A stretch of DNA of 63,702 bases, the filler included, from Licmophora abbreviata (lineage: Eukaryota), in NCBI GenBank assembly GCA_900291995.1. It is 8 parts of 8 records of this genome, joined end to end, with 100 filler letters (N's around TTAATTAATTAA, not from the genome) between each part and the next. Parts side by side here need not be neighbours in the genome. Positions count along the whole stretch, not along the records: positions 43,146 to 47,681 come from OLMU01000714.1; positions 47,782 to 62,468 come from OLMU01000715.1; 6 more parts are not named here. The stretch is one strand, 5' to 3'. The notes beneath the pieces are model-generated. The model saw only the letters and a list, made by a program, of their open reading frames with translations, did no database searches and was not told where the DNA came from. Below are positions 47,368 through 60,415 of the stretch, piece by piece. Numbering within the stretch: the stretch's first letter is position 1; every line of letters begins with the position of its first letter. A program made the position numbers and the translations under genes.

Positions 47368-48459
47368 CTAGAAAGAGGTAAGTTTCAAGTCGTGGACTAT
47401 GTAGAGGTATGCATCAATACTTGATCTCATCAAGCTGCGGCTGCTCCGAATAGCTCTGGGTATCCCTTTCACCCCTAACGGTGCTTGATCACTGGACAGT
47501 GAGGATGAGGCTTTTCGTTTTCTTGGGGATGAGGGCTTCCACTCGTCCTTGCTGTAATCCTTTGACTCCTCTCTCGCAATCGTACTGGCCTTTGTCTGCG
47601 ATCTCTTGATCTGCACGCTGGGCACAATCGCTGAAGTGCGACCGCTAGTCGTTACGAACGAGACAGTCATCCCCTCATGATNNNNNNNNNNNNNNNNNNN
47701 NNNNNNNNNNNNNNNNNNNNNNNNNTTAATTAATTAANNNNNNNNNNNNNNNNNNNNNNNNNNNNNNNNNNNNNNNNNNNNTGGATGCAGCCGCGACTGG
47801 TAGAGAACTTCATCGGCTACCCAGTTTCCGACGCCAGAGACGACTCGCTTTTGATCCATGAGGAGGGTCTTAATAGCGATGCTTTGTCCAAGAAGGCCAT
47901 TTCTCAGTCGATCGGCATTCATGTCCAGCGCATCGGGCGCAAGTTTGTCGAACTGAGCGAGGGACGTCGACAACACGACGGAGCCGAACTTCCGTGGGTC
48001 GGAAAAGGAAGCTTCGGCAGTACGAGTCCTGAGCGTGAGCCACGTGTACATCGGAGGGTGTTCAGACTGCGAAAGCGATTCCAATGCTGGAACATACGAG
48101 GGAGTAGATATGCGTCCCGTCATTCCCATGTGGAGGAAGAGATATACCCCTGTAGACGAAGGCAGCGTGTCCATTGAGAAAGGTAAAATCGTAGAGAACA
48201 TAAAGGATTGAAGTAACTCACTTTTCTGACCGAGAACTCGTTTCTTGCAGCACTCAAGAACAACACAGAGTTGCTTGCCCTTCCTCAAAACATCAGTGGC
48301 GCGGCAGTTTTGGTCGAGAGCGGCTATGTCAGCAGCACTAAGGAAGACCTTGGGGGGTTGCTTGTCCGACTGATGGACCTCGAACGAAACAAAGGACTCA
48401 TTCGAAACAAGTGGAAGCAACAATCTGCGAAAATTCTCCACTTCTGGTAGCTCTGGCAT
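47368..48459 (-). CDS. FPG: Formamidopyrimidine-DNA glycosylase (plant/fungal zinc-less type); interrupted by a scaffold gap
   Basis: MPELPEVE, RKGK, HMGMTG, DPRKFG, H2TH LLMDQ..SGVGNWVADEVLYQSRLHP; after the gap FVTTSGRTSAIVP; intron ~48151-48221. Confidence 0.93.
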
Positions 48460-48778
48460 GTAGTCAGCAGGTAATAACAATGGACGGGGCTTGGAGCAGC
48501 GCAGCAACGCAACGCAACGCAAAACAAGCTTTGTTCCATGTCATCGGCTGCGGCGCCTTTCGAGAACCGACGTGGACACAGCGGCGGGTCTTCGCGCGCT
48601 AAACCCTGTATTGGAGCTCGAGAGCTCGTGGTCACTCACTCGTGACTGCGGACGTTGGACGTGGGACACAAAAGATGAACAGACACAAGGACATGGCGAA
48701 CGCGTAACGGCACAAGATGACCGTGACGGAAGGCCATTCTTGTACTCCTAACAGCATTTGCACCTTGAGAAAGTAAGG

Positions 48779-50528
48779 ATGAGTAGAGCAGAGGGAATGA
48801 GAAGAAGGGTCGATCGGCAGCTGCTGGGAGCGCTGGCAGGAATGCTGATCGTTTACCTCCTCGTGACCGTTGGGACTGTCTCGCGAGTTCCGTCTGCAGC
48901 GCCGATGCAAGGTGCCCCGACATTTTTTGATCAGCAACAGCAGCAGCCACAGGAGGCGAGGCGTATCGACACCATGTCCTCAAACGGCAGCGGAAGCAAA
49001 GAGACCGCCATCCAGGAGCTTCAAAAGACTTTTCCAGTCCATGTTGGAGATGACTTGGAGGAAATCGCTCACCCAGGACTTGAATTTGCAGACAACAAAG
49101 GGGCCACGAAGAATTTCCCTCACAACATCAGTGTCCCTCGATTTTGGGACTCGAAGGAAGCCTATGGACCTGGTGGAGTCAGAGAGTATCTTGGAAATTA
49201 CGGAGAACGACTGATGACCCCAAGGGAAGCTTCCAATGTGGGAAGCTTCTACGCTGGGCTCGAGACGATTTACGTATCGGTCGCCTCGTATCGAGACCCC
49301 GAGTGCGTACCAACGCTTGAGTCCCTTTATCTTCGTGCGAAACACCCGGAGCGCATTCGCGTGGCGGTCATTGACCAACGTGCTCCGGGTGATCCAAAGT
49401 GCAGCGACCCAGAGAATCCATGCAGCGAAGACCCCTCCCAGGCGCTTTGCAAATACCGACACTTGATGGATTTCTATGATATGAACGCTAAATTTGGAGT
49501 CGGGCCGGTCTTCGCTCGTCACCTTGGACATCGTTTATACAGAGGAGAATACTTCGCCATGCAGGTTGACTCTCACGTCAGGTTCGTCAAGGACTGGGAG
49601 CAAGACCTGATCGTTCAATGGAAATCAGCCCAGAATGAGCTTGCCGTCCTGACGACCTATCTTTCAGATCTGATCAAGAGCATCGACCCCATTACGCACG
49701 AAGGCATACATCCCGGCCGACCTATCATGTGTGTCACGGACTATGAAGGAGAAGGAGACCTCAAACATTTGCGACATGGCCAGCAGCCCGAGGGCCCCCC
49801 ACAAATACATGGCCAGCCTACGCTTCATCCCTTTTGGGCCGCTGGCTTTAGCTTTGCCAGAGGTCATTTCGTCGCACAAGTTCCTTATGATCAGTACCTT
49901 CCGATGGTCTTTCAAGGTAAGGTTTTTGCTGCCAAGCCATGTTGCGCGTTTCCAGTGTCTCTTGGCCTGACGATTAGTTTCGCATTTGCTGCCGGACGCA
50001 CAACTTGTCCGACTAGGCGAGGAGATCAGCATGGGTCTGCGCGGATTCTCCTATGGGTACGACTTTTATGCAATGGAGCGATCTATTTGCTTTCATATGT
50101 ATGCCGTTAAGGAAAACAAGGCTAAGCGAAAGAATGTGAAGCTTTTCTGGGAGAACGCCAACCTGTATCAGGGTGCGGGTAAGAAGGCGATGCGAAGGCT
50201 GAATGGAATCATAGGGATGGAACACAAGACCTATTTTGACGAGGAAGAAAAGAAATACGGATTAGGCAAGATTAGGGAGACAGAGAAGTTTTTCAAGGTG
50301 TTTGGAATTCACACGGAAACTCAGACAGTGGAGAAACATCTATGTCAGTTCGTCGGTAAGAAGATGATGGACATATTTCTGCCGCATCTGCGAAAGGATG
50401 GGATGGGTATCAACTACGATGACATAGACTACGAGTTTGTCGACCCCGTTAAGCCGAAAAAGCCACCAGAGAAAAGCAAGCCACGAGCAAAGAGACCACA
50501 GCCACACAGAATTGTAGAGCACAAGTAG
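48779..50528 (+). CDS. GT60-family (Gnt1-like) N-acetylglucosaminyltransferase, type II membrane protein; 2 exons
   Basis: IYVSVASYRDPEC, GPVFARH, MQVDSHVRF, FWAAGFSF..VPYD..FQG|EE; N-terminal signal anchor; intron ~49917-50017. Confidence 0.88.
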
Positions 50529-50545
50529 ATTGATAAGGAGGTAGA

Positions 50546-52228
50546 CTAATCCGTTGCTCCAGTCTCGCCTTTCAGTATATGCCAGACGCCTGTCTTACTT
50601 TGGTATCGCGCCACCCCTGTTATCACTTGCGCAAGAAAAAAAGCAGCAAGCGCCCACCATATGTTTCCTAGAGTAACAGGCCCTCTCCTAGAAAATGCCC
50701 GAATCATCCCCACGCAAACCACATTCGCCACCCACATTCCAACCATTGAGAATCTCCAATCAAGTCCCGCCATTACAATCCCATTGATTGGGTACGCTAG
50801 TCCCTTGAGCACTTGAGTAACTAGAACTGCAGGGAAAACAGCACTGGCTGCCTCTCTCACGGCAAGATTGGAAGTTAAACCACTGAGAATCGAGGCTCTT
50901 TGAAGATAAGTTGTCAGCGAAAGAGTCATGGCGACTGCAGCCCCCGTCAGAATCGATCCGTTGATCAAGTAACGGACGGACTTGGCTCGAACAAACTCTG
51001 AGTGCGTTTCAGTGTCAGCCAGTTCACGACTGTTGGTTCAGCAATTATATGGACGTCAGAAAACAAAAGAAAGATACCAAGCACAGGAGCAAAACTGTCA
51101 TAGGACTTACGCCAACAATGTCTGCACGGCTACTGCCACAGACTCACAGATCTGCGTAGTGGCGAATCCGAGCTGAAACGTCAAGTTGTATGCAGCAGCA
51201 GACACGGAACCTAGAAGAGCCGCCTGACGGGCGCAAACAGAGTATGCTAGGACTTTGCCCAGTGTTCTTACCAGCACGTAACCACCGGCTTGGAGATACT
51301 CTTGAAGCGATTTGCGCAAGGCTCCCAGCTGTCCAAGAATGTCAATATGAACTCGTCGGTTCAGTGCTGCCAGGAGCGGAACCAAAGCCACATACTGCGC
51401 CAGGGCTGTTCCTGCAGCAGCTCCAGAGGCACCGAATTTGAAAGTAAATATGAAAAGAGGGTCCAAAATGGCGTTAAGGGCAGTGAACATGAGCGAGTAT
51501 ACCAGGGGTGTTTTGGTATCACCGAGGCCCCTGAAGACTCCGTTCGTCACGAGCCATATCGTCGCAGCAGGAGTACCCAAGGCCCGGATTCGTAAGTAGG
51601 ACACAGCTGAAAACCACATGGGTGATGTGACCGTGAGACCCATACCACGAATGATTCCCGTGGCAAGCAGAGAGTAGACGAGCAACTGGATGACTCCAAC
51701 CGAAAACGCCAACAACAAGGCGGAGCTCACGGCAACGGAAAGATCCTTTTGATTATCACTCTCCTGAGCACCGCTTCTTGCTCTTCCATCTTGAGAGGCC
51801 ACCAGAGATATGCTGGTTCGAAGAAGTGGGTCGTTGTACAACTTCGATATCGAGTACTGGGCTGAAATTGCCACCCCCGCTCCTCCCAGCACAGCCGGGG
51901 AGAGACGGCCAAGGTATGCAGTATCTACAAGGGCTGCGAGAGGTTCTGCTGCCAGCTGAACAAATGCAGGTACTCCAATTTCTAAGAATTCCCGTGAAAG
52001 CTTGGATTTCTGCGTTTTTACCGCTTCCGAGTCGTCACAACTGGCTTCGTCTAACGATCTCAAAACAGGCAGCGATCGCTGGCGGGAGAAAGGCGAACGG
52101 CTTAAAGGACTGAGATCAGGATGAGGCAATAATGGAGCCAGGCCGTTTACCGACGAAGCTAATGGTCCAATGATTAGGTAACAAACGATTCTATATCGGA
52201 TCCAGGGCTTCCGATGCGGCACCGACAT
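50546..52228 (-). CDS. MATE family transporter (DinF/FRD3-like), probably plastid; 2 exons
   Basis: AEPLAALVDTAYLGRL, YLRIRALG, GVFRGLGDTKTPL, LDPLFIF..GASGAA; intron ~51030-51110. Confidence 0.92.
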
Positions 52229-52586
52229 CTTGAAGATGGGTGTGGTGGGTTGTAATGATAACCACATCACCTATCACCCATCACCAGCTTATTTTTCATG
52301 GCATCATGCGAGGACGAGATGTTTCGATGTTTCGGCTTTGAGCGCGTTTTACGCCGTACAGACGATGGCGCGCCCCTGGCTACTTTTCTCGCCTGGCGTT
52401 CGAGCTCCGAGCTCGGTCACCGTCAAGGGCGCGCGCCGCACTCGCTCGATCTCTTGAAGCGCACAACACCAGCTGTGCTTCGTCGTTGCTGTTGGTTCTC
52501 TGTTGCACTGCACTGCGACGTGAACGTTTGTGCTTCCTTGGGTTTATTCTGTCGCAAGTGTCAAAAGACTGATCTTATCGCCGAGA

Positions 52587-55270
52587 ATGAGCACCGCAGC
52601 GAAGAGTCGTCCGCTCCCGCAGTCGAAAGGGTAAGACACGCTGCGCAGCCACTTTTGCACGGGGCGTTTCTCGGGTCGTCCGTAGGTTCTACGTAGAATC
52701 CAGTACTTGCGAGTATCGGAGGGCTTGGACTGATCACGAGTGTGTCCTCGCTGTGTCGCGGCTGCTGTGCTGACGATGGCGCCGTGGCCGGCAAGCGAGG
52801 GGCGTTCTCTTTCTCTTGGAATGGATTTAACCTTCCCTTGCTTTCATGGGAGCCTTCTCATAGACTCGAACGCTTCCGAACGCCGCGTTCGGAACGTGCC
52901 GCAATCTGCGCATTTTCGTTTCCCCCTTACGTTTTACTCACCGCTTTCGTGCTCTCGCACTGTCACGATAGGTCGACGCCAGCCGCTTCCAACGGATCCA
53001 AGCCTGCGAATGCTTGGGCTCGTCCGTTGCAGCCGACGAAGCCTGCTCCTCCTCCGGGCATGGCAGGTTCCCCCGCCAAGGCCGGCAACGACGCTGCTAC
53101 TGCCCCACCTCCGCTCGTCTTGCGAGAACGCTTTCTTCATCTCACTCTGTCGATGGTCGGACAGAAGGTTGTAGTGACGCGCACCAACGGAGCAGTCCTG
53201 GAAGGAATCTTGCACACGTTCACGCCGTTCTCGTCCCAGCCCAAGGAGCGACGCAACGTCTACGTGCTCAAGGCCTGCAAGTCCATCACGCCTAGTGACG
53301 ACGATGATGTTGTCCCCATGGGCAGCACGCTCTTTCTCCCCTCTGACCAGGTGCTCACTGTTCTAGTCAAGAGTATGCGTCTCGATACCTCTAGCAACGC
53401 GGGTACGCCCAATCCGTCGTCTCACGGCAAGGCAAACGACCCCTTCCGCACTGATACGGAAATCTCCCATCCAACGCAAGAGGGGAAGCGGCGCGAGCTC
53501 GTCATGGCGGACAGCTCGTGGACGTCACCCGGTGCCAACAGCCGAGCCGCGGGTTTGTTGGGCGAAGACAACAAGGGCGGACGCAAGGGATTCAACGCGG
53601 CTGCGGGCGGAGGAGGTGGCCTTCGAGGCGACATTGGACAATGGGACCAGTTCAAGGCTAACGAAGACCTGTTTCAAGTCAGTGCTGGCTTTGACGAGAA
53701 TATTTACACGACTGCTCTTGACAAGTCAGGGATGGACCACCAGAAGGTTAAGGAAGCCGAGCGGCTTGCGAGAGAAATCGAAACGACTGTTAGCTCCAAT
53801 GTTCACATTGCCGAAGAGCGCGGTCAAGCTGTTGCGGTAGATTATGACGAGGAAGATCGCTACTCCGGAGTCTTGCAGAAACAGCCTGCCGAATCGGCGA
53901 GCAAGAAAACAATGAATTATGCCGCGGCTGCGGCAAAGGCAGATACAACCAAGACAGGGGCTGCAGTACCTCCTGGCTTTGGTGGAGCCAAGGCATCGGA
54001 AGAAGAAGAGACTAGGCGCGGCAAGGTGGTCGACTCGCCTCTCAAATCCTCCGACAAGACGAAAGAAGAGGTGGAAGGATCCACCGACTCTAAGTCTAAC
54101 AAAGCTGCGAAGGGAGGTGCAAAAGTACCCGCTGCGCGAGTGACTCCCGAGGTATCCAAGGTACCCCGTGACAAGGAAGTGGGACAGAAAGAACAGATTG
54201 AGACCGCACCGGTTGCGAAAGACGGAGGGACCGAGAAGAAAGAAGGAGAATCGGCTAAGGCTTCCACCAAGCTCAATGCCAATGCAAAGTCATTCTCGTT
54301 CAATCCGACAGCGAGGAGCTTTACTCCAGGAGGTGGGGCTGCTCCGGCTCAGCCCGAGCCCCCTGTTGCGGATCCCAACACGGGGATGCCCGTCGGCCAG
54401 CCACCCATGCCACATTACGTGCAGCACCCGGCGATGGGACAACCAGGTGCGTTATTTCAGGAAAATACAAACGATTTGCGTAGGTCAAAACTTGTGCCCG
54501 AAACTGACTGGATTCCGTTCCTTTCCTGTCGTAATAGGTATGGTGCAAATGATGGGTGGTCCATATGTTCGATATCAGGGGCCATACCCTGGAATGGAGC
54601 ATCACATGGGCATGCCACCTCAGCAGCAACCTCAGCATATCCCGCCGCCGCCGCCTCAACAGCACGAAGGAACTGGCTCCCAGTCGTCAGGAGACGAGCA
54701 ACAGCAGCAACAGGCGCTGGATGGTCCTCCACCGGCACCCCAACAGCCGCAGCAGGTCGTGTCTGTGCCCTACGGTCCACAAGGATCATACTATCCTGGC
54801 ATGATGCCTCCTCGTGGACCTAATGGTCCTCCGATGTACCCACAGCAGCAGATTCAGTATCGTCAGGTGTACGGAGGACCGATGCCGGTCCCCGGCAGCA
54901 TGCCGAACATGACTCAGATGCGCGGTAACCTGTACTACCAGGGCCCACCAATGGGAGGTATGCACTATCCCTCTGCCGGTGGGTATCCTGGACACGGTGG
55001 CGGGATGGTGGATGACGACTACCGTGGCGGCCGAGGTGGCCGGGGAGGCAGAAGTTACGGTAGAGGGGGAGGAGGAATAGCTACAGAGGACGAGGACGCG
55101 GCGGCTATCACCAGAATGGTGGAGGAAACGAAAGGCAAACCGCCCAGAGTGGTGGCGATACGAACGATATAGTCGATGAACGCGCTCCGACGTCCACGGC
55201 CACGACGTCCAACCCCACTCTGCCTATGACAGACGGTCAAGGAGAAACCAAGCCGTCCAGAGCGGAGTGA
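52587..55270 (+). CDS. PBP1: Ataxin-2/PBP1 homologue (LSm, LsmAD, PAM2, P/Q-rich and RGG tail); 3 exons; apparent 1-nt frameshift near 55067
   Basis: Exon 1 MSTAAKSRPLPQSKG (52587-52630); FRTDTEIS, WDQFKANEDLF..FDENIYTT..AERLAREIE..HIAEERG..DEEDRYSGV; PAM2 TKLNANAKSF; introns 52631-52971 and ~54447-54537. Confidence 0.92.
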
Positions 55271-55466
55271 GGACGTCGAGTACTTCCCCTCCCCACAACC
55301 TCATACTTCTTCTACCATCAAACCCATAGATCTTAAACTTTGAGCTAAGCAGGAGTTACCAGCGCTAGAGCTTAGCTATTCGCCGCAGTACCAATACGAG
55401 TTGTGCAAGTGAAACTTGCCACTCGTTGAACACAACAGCTGCTGCAACTCTCTAGAGAGCTAGCAG

Positions 55467-56333
55467 CTATTTGTTGTTATCGTAACTGATGCTGTATGAG
55501 CCCGTATTCGGATCCTTTACGGCATTGAAGTTGTCGAGTGAAAGACCAAAGTTCCCGAGAATGCTGTTCCCCAAATCGGTCAGCTTTGCCATTGTTTCGG
55601 CCTTCAACTCCTCCATTCGCGCGTCCTCAAGCTCTTGTAGTCTTGCGACTGTCTTTCGAACATTGGCGTTTCCAGGGTCCAGCTCAAGAGCCTTCTTCGC
55701 GTCTGCCAGCGCTTCTTCCGTTCGTTCAGTATTTTCGTAAGCAGTAGAGCGACGAACCCACGCTTTCGTATACACTGGATGCACTAGGATGGCCACGTTG
55801 CAATCTTCAATGGCTTCAGTGTAGCGGTGCAGATGCAGCAAACATGCGGCTCTGTTGCAATAATATACAGCCAGTTTCTCGCCATGGTCATGAGGTGGAG
55901 TCTCAAAGTCAGGGATAGGTTCTCGGTTATTGTCTCTCCGTTCAACTTCTTCCCCGGCCCGTTCACGCTTCCGGCGCTCCTCTTCCTCAGTTTTGTGGCG
56001 CTGGAGGGCTAGCTCGCGCTGTTCTTCGTCAAATTTTTCTTTCAGCTTCAGCAGCTCATCACCTTTCATACCCGGACAAGCTTCAATTGCATCGGTATAC
56101 ATATCGTAGGCGTCCAGGTATGCCCCTTCTTTGAAGTATGCATTTCCTTGTGCCTTGGACTCCTCCGACGCGGCGAGCGGGTCGGTCGTGTCGCCTTCGG
56201 CTGCTTTTGTCTCTTCTTCAACAGGGGCGACGGGGGTCGCACCACCACCGAGCTCATAGATTACGTTTTCGCTCTCTCCTGCCACAACGGCATCGAGATC
56301 AAAACCATCGCTGCTGAACTTCGCCTCGCTCAT
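55467..56333 (-). CDS. TTC1: Tetratricopeptide repeat protein 1
   Basis: KAQGNAYF, YYCNRAAC, TPR helices and the diagnostic tail LGNSILGNFGLSLDNF..DPNTGSYSI. Confidence 0.9.
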   Translation of the reverse strand: MSEAKFSSDGFDLDAVVAGESENVIYELGGGATPVAPVEEETKAAEGDTTDPLAASEESKAQGNAYFKEGAYLDAYDMYTDAIEACPGMKGDELLKLKEKFDEEQRELALQRHKTEEEERRKRERAGEEVERRDNNREPIPDFETPPHDHGEKLAVYYCNRAACLLHLHRYTEAIEDCNVAILVHPVYTKAWVRRSTAYENTERTEEALADAKKALELDPGNANVRKTVARLQELEDARMEELKAETMAKLTDLGNSILGNFGLSLDNFNAVKDPNTGSYSISYDNNK

Positions 56334-56612
56334 CGTCACTGCAATCTGAACTGGAGGTGAGGGAGAAGAGTGAAGAAAGTTTGCTCGTCCTCTCAAAGAA
56401 CGAGATGGAGACGACGTCATCATGACGCAATCTTGTTTTGAACCTGCGTTGGTGCCAAAGTATTTTCTTGTGTTTTTGATGGCACAACGGCCCGGCGAAG
56501 ATGAGACAAAGTCTGTACCTGTAGGCACGGCTGCACTCGCACGGTACGCTAGGGTGGGTCTACAGTCACTGAAATTTTCTTTAAGCTACTAGCGGAGCTA
56601 CTCTTACTGTGG

Positions 56613-59600
56613 TCATACGAAGTTCTCCTTCTCGACAACACCGTCATCCTCATCTTGAGAGAAGTAATCTCCGTTTTCTTCATCTTCGTCGTCTGTCTCC
56701 TGCGAACGCTGATCCGTTAGCCCGAGCTCGTCACTGACGTCAAAATCATCAGTGAGATCGTCCAATTCCTCCTCGTCGAAATCCTCCGCCAGAATACCAT
56801 CGTCTGCAACCGTATCATCTTCAAATTCCTCTTCTTCAACATCGGGGAAATCATCTTCCGACTCTGTGTATTCAAGGTCATCGAATGAACGTTTCTTCAC
56901 TGACTTGACCGTGCCGTCGGTCATCAAAGCGAGCATGGCCATGTCAAGGTCCTCTAGAAGCTGCTTTCGCTCCTTCGGCTGTATGTCTCGGCAATCCGTC
57001 ATCTCATCACGGAAGAAGTTCAGCTTCTCCAAGTACGCTTCCTTGTCTTGTTTCGACGTCTGTTCAATATCTTCTTCCAGTTCCTTCATTGTGGCGTTGA
57101 TTTGAGCAAATATCCCAGGTCCGTACTTGGCTTCGTGCTCGTTTGCCAACGCAGGATACCCCATTCCTCTTAAAACGAAGGCGTTGTCTCGGCGGCCCTG
57201 TGTGTACCAGTAGTCTTTTACATACTCCCAGTTATGCCATGTTCTCCACCATTGCTTGGGATCATCAGTTTCAAAGAAGGGTCCATCCGCCATGATTTTG
57301 TCGGGCAGACCCATGGGTATATCGATCATCTTAGCGTAGTCGGGATGACCCATCGCGCTCACCCTTAGCATTTCAGGCGACATGTCCTTTTCGTTCGGAT
57401 CCAGTGGAAGCGCCAGCGTAGGGAACCAGACGAAATCAATCGCACGGAGAAGACTTACTTTCTCTGAATGATAGGCTTCAAAGAAGTTCTGCAGCTCGCG
57501 AATCCGTCGGACAGCTTTGCCAACTTCGTAACCTGCTAGAGCCCGAGGCCACGGATCTTCGTCGGGCATCTCAAAATCTTCATACACAAACATGTCCCCT
57601 CGAACAAGGTAATATGCATACATGGCACACATGGCCTTCTCAAATGGGACGTCGATAAAGAGCTTGTCATCGCCCCAGTCGAAATCAAGTCGATCCAGCT
57701 GTTCTTTGCGCTCAGGCAGATGCCTTACTTCGAGACTACCGTCTCGAATGCGCTGCACAATATTTCCCACGGACATACCGGCCAAGTGCTCTGGCCAAAG
57801 GTCGGCGGAGACGTGAGACTTCTCGGCTACTGCTACTTCGGTTTGCTCGCCCTGTAATCGGTTAGTTTCTGCAACAACACGATCGTCACTCTCTTCTGTC
57901 TTGCCCTGTGCTTCGTATGCAGCAATGGCAGCCGCAGCCCTATCGGAGGCCTCTACGTCAAACGGCTCATCGTCGTCATCGTCGTCACTGAACATGTTCG
58001 ACGGAGCTCCATTCGCCGTAGGAACGATAAAGCTTTCGTCCTCAAGGCCAGAGAAGTCTCCATAGAGAGACTTGTACACCGTCAGGGCCTCGACAACGTC
58101 TTCGAAGACAAAGTCGCCACCAAAATCATCGTTGTACCATGGAATCTCTTTGAAGCGTTTGCCTTTGCGAATACGGTTATCCTCACTGTCATCAGAAAGC
58201 GGCGAAAAAGTGTGTGAGGCAACATCTGGTAGGGCTTTCTCACACTGTTTGTTTCTCTGCAACTTACGTTACATCCTCAATGACTCCAACAGATGCTGCT
58301 TTGTCAGCAGCCATCTTAAGAGTCTCGGAAAGATTCTTTTCTGGCTTGTAATCCTCATTTGGCTGCTTCGCTGCCTCTTCTGCAGCTTTAGCAGCTTCGA
58401 AGTCAGCCGTTGTTTCAAATCCCCAAGAAGGAGTGCTAGAACCTTCGCCATTGCTTGTCGTCAAAGGATCATCGCCAAAAGCGAACGAAGGGCCAAACAA
58501 CGATTCCAGCGCAGTCGTGGTCGACTCTGCTTCATCGTCTTTTTCTTCCTCTATCGAGGATGGGCTGGACTGCTCATCGAAAATTCCCGAACTCGATAAA
58601 GCATCGAGATCCTCCTTTCTCTTTCGACCTCTCTTTCTTCCCCGTTCTGACGGGGGAGGACTCCAAACGAAGCCAAGATCATCCAGCTCCCTCCTTCTTT
58701 GCGGATTGGTGCTCACAAAGGTACCTTGACTTCGAATAGCGTTGACACGGGCACCAAGTCGCAGTCCCCATGTGCTTTCGGGCCAATCCCCTGAGCCTGG
58801 CACCACAAATGGTTGTGGCACCAGGAGATCGCCATACATTTCTTTGTATGTTTTGAGGGCGTCATACACTTTCTGAAATCGATTGTCGTTCGCTGCAGCC
58901 TTGCCACTTAGCTCGACTCCGAGGGCCGTCAGTTTTTCCGTCGCCCCGGGATTTGAGTTTAGAAAAGCCTTCGAACGAAGCATGGGCATCCTTTTCCCGA
59001 GGGGAAGTCCCCTCGTCGCCTCGGGCCATGGCTCGCAGTCAGGAACAACGAAAGTAGAGGGAACAGTAAGAGGTCCTGGCCTCGGCTGGATTTCATTTCG
59101 ATACGCAACAAGAGCAGAGTAAACTTGATCGAACGAGACATCATTTGCGTTCTGCTCTGGAGACTTGGCGCGAAGGCTCCACTGAAAGCCCATATCTTCC
59201 AGCCTTTTTCGTCGCGTTTCATTATTCTGAACGTATTTTCCCGTAGATCGAATCGCCGCTACCCTCTGACCTAACTTTAGCCCCCAAGCCTTCTCTGTCG
59301 GGTCGCGAACAAGCAGCGAAGCTGGAAGTGAGCGGAGAAACCAGTAACCTTCCGCGAGAACAGTCGATGAACTTACCAGGCCATGGAGGCATTCCAGGAA
59401 CTATGAAACGGAGAGGGACTTTCAGGTCTCCATATGCAGCTTTATACATCCGAAAAGCGGTAAGTAGGGCTTTCCATTCGTCGTCGTCGTTGTCGTCGTC
59501 CGCCTCAGCTCGAGCTGGTGAGATCAGCAACGACGACCTACCGGAGGGTGGCGAGCGAGGAAAAGCTGGACTTCGGCACACACTCCTTCGTTCCGTGAAA

Positions 59601-59821
59601 GCCCTGTTCTGTGAAGTGAACGCCGCTACACATGTCAAGACACATGCAGCCACGATAAAACAAAACCGACGTCCCTTGACTCGGCGAACAATCCTTCTGT
59701 CTCCTAAATTTGACTTCTCCTCTGTCGTCGCTTCCCCGAAGGACCGCCGCCTGAGCCGTACTCGCTCGTCAGACGGCATTCTCGTGCCTAATCGAGACCT
59801 CTTCTTCTCTCTGCTTATCAT
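56613..59821 (-). CDS. Helicase-associated (HA) repeat protein with acidic tail, possibly plastid-targeted; 3 exons; start uncertain
   Basis: About five repeats of AL..YK..YGDL.VP..F.VP...WP....G..LG.RV..IR...L..LGF.W; introns ~59295-59377 and ~58188-58267; hydrophobic stretch ending VAA-FT. Confidence 0.8.
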
Positions 59822-60415
59822 GGACTCTAAATATTACTGAACAGAGGCAGTTGCAAGATCAGTGAAGTTCCTGATTGCTTTGCGTAGAATTCGTCCTCAG
59901 TTCTACGCGAGTGTCTCGGCTTTGATGGCGCGACGAAGCTCAGAAGAAGAATTTCAGATTCTCTCAGACAGCCTCAATCACTGAGCCTGTCACCACCGCA
60001 CACTCTATCTACTTGCTCCTCAACTATTGTGACGGGTCTCGTCAGCTCCATGCGCTTCGGAGACGGGCACAAACGTTGCAGGAATACACAGAAAACGCTG
60101 TCCTGCTGACTGATGATGGATGATGATTGCTTGGCTGAAACAGGATCTCGGTATCATGTGATCGCGCGGCGTCGCGCGTCAAACGGTCGACGGACAGCTT
60201 ACTCGTGACTCTTTTCAACAGTCGAGGATATACGGGACTCAACTCATCACAAAACTGGTTTGAAAAACTTGGTTGAGGCCCGAAGGACATGTTCAAAATG
60301 TGTTCGAAACGACTTGGCTACGATGGGACGGCAAAGGACTTGTACTGCCAAAGCAGGATAACCGTACACTCTCATAAAATGAGTGCCATTCCTCAGACTG
60401 AACGTGGACGAGGCA

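Noticed and set aside
6070..55070. Programmed frameshifting or pseudogenisation of dapA, ispG and PBP1
   Set aside because: All three are single-base losses in short homopolymers with otherwise intact genes and no canonical slippery heptamer; assembly error is simpler
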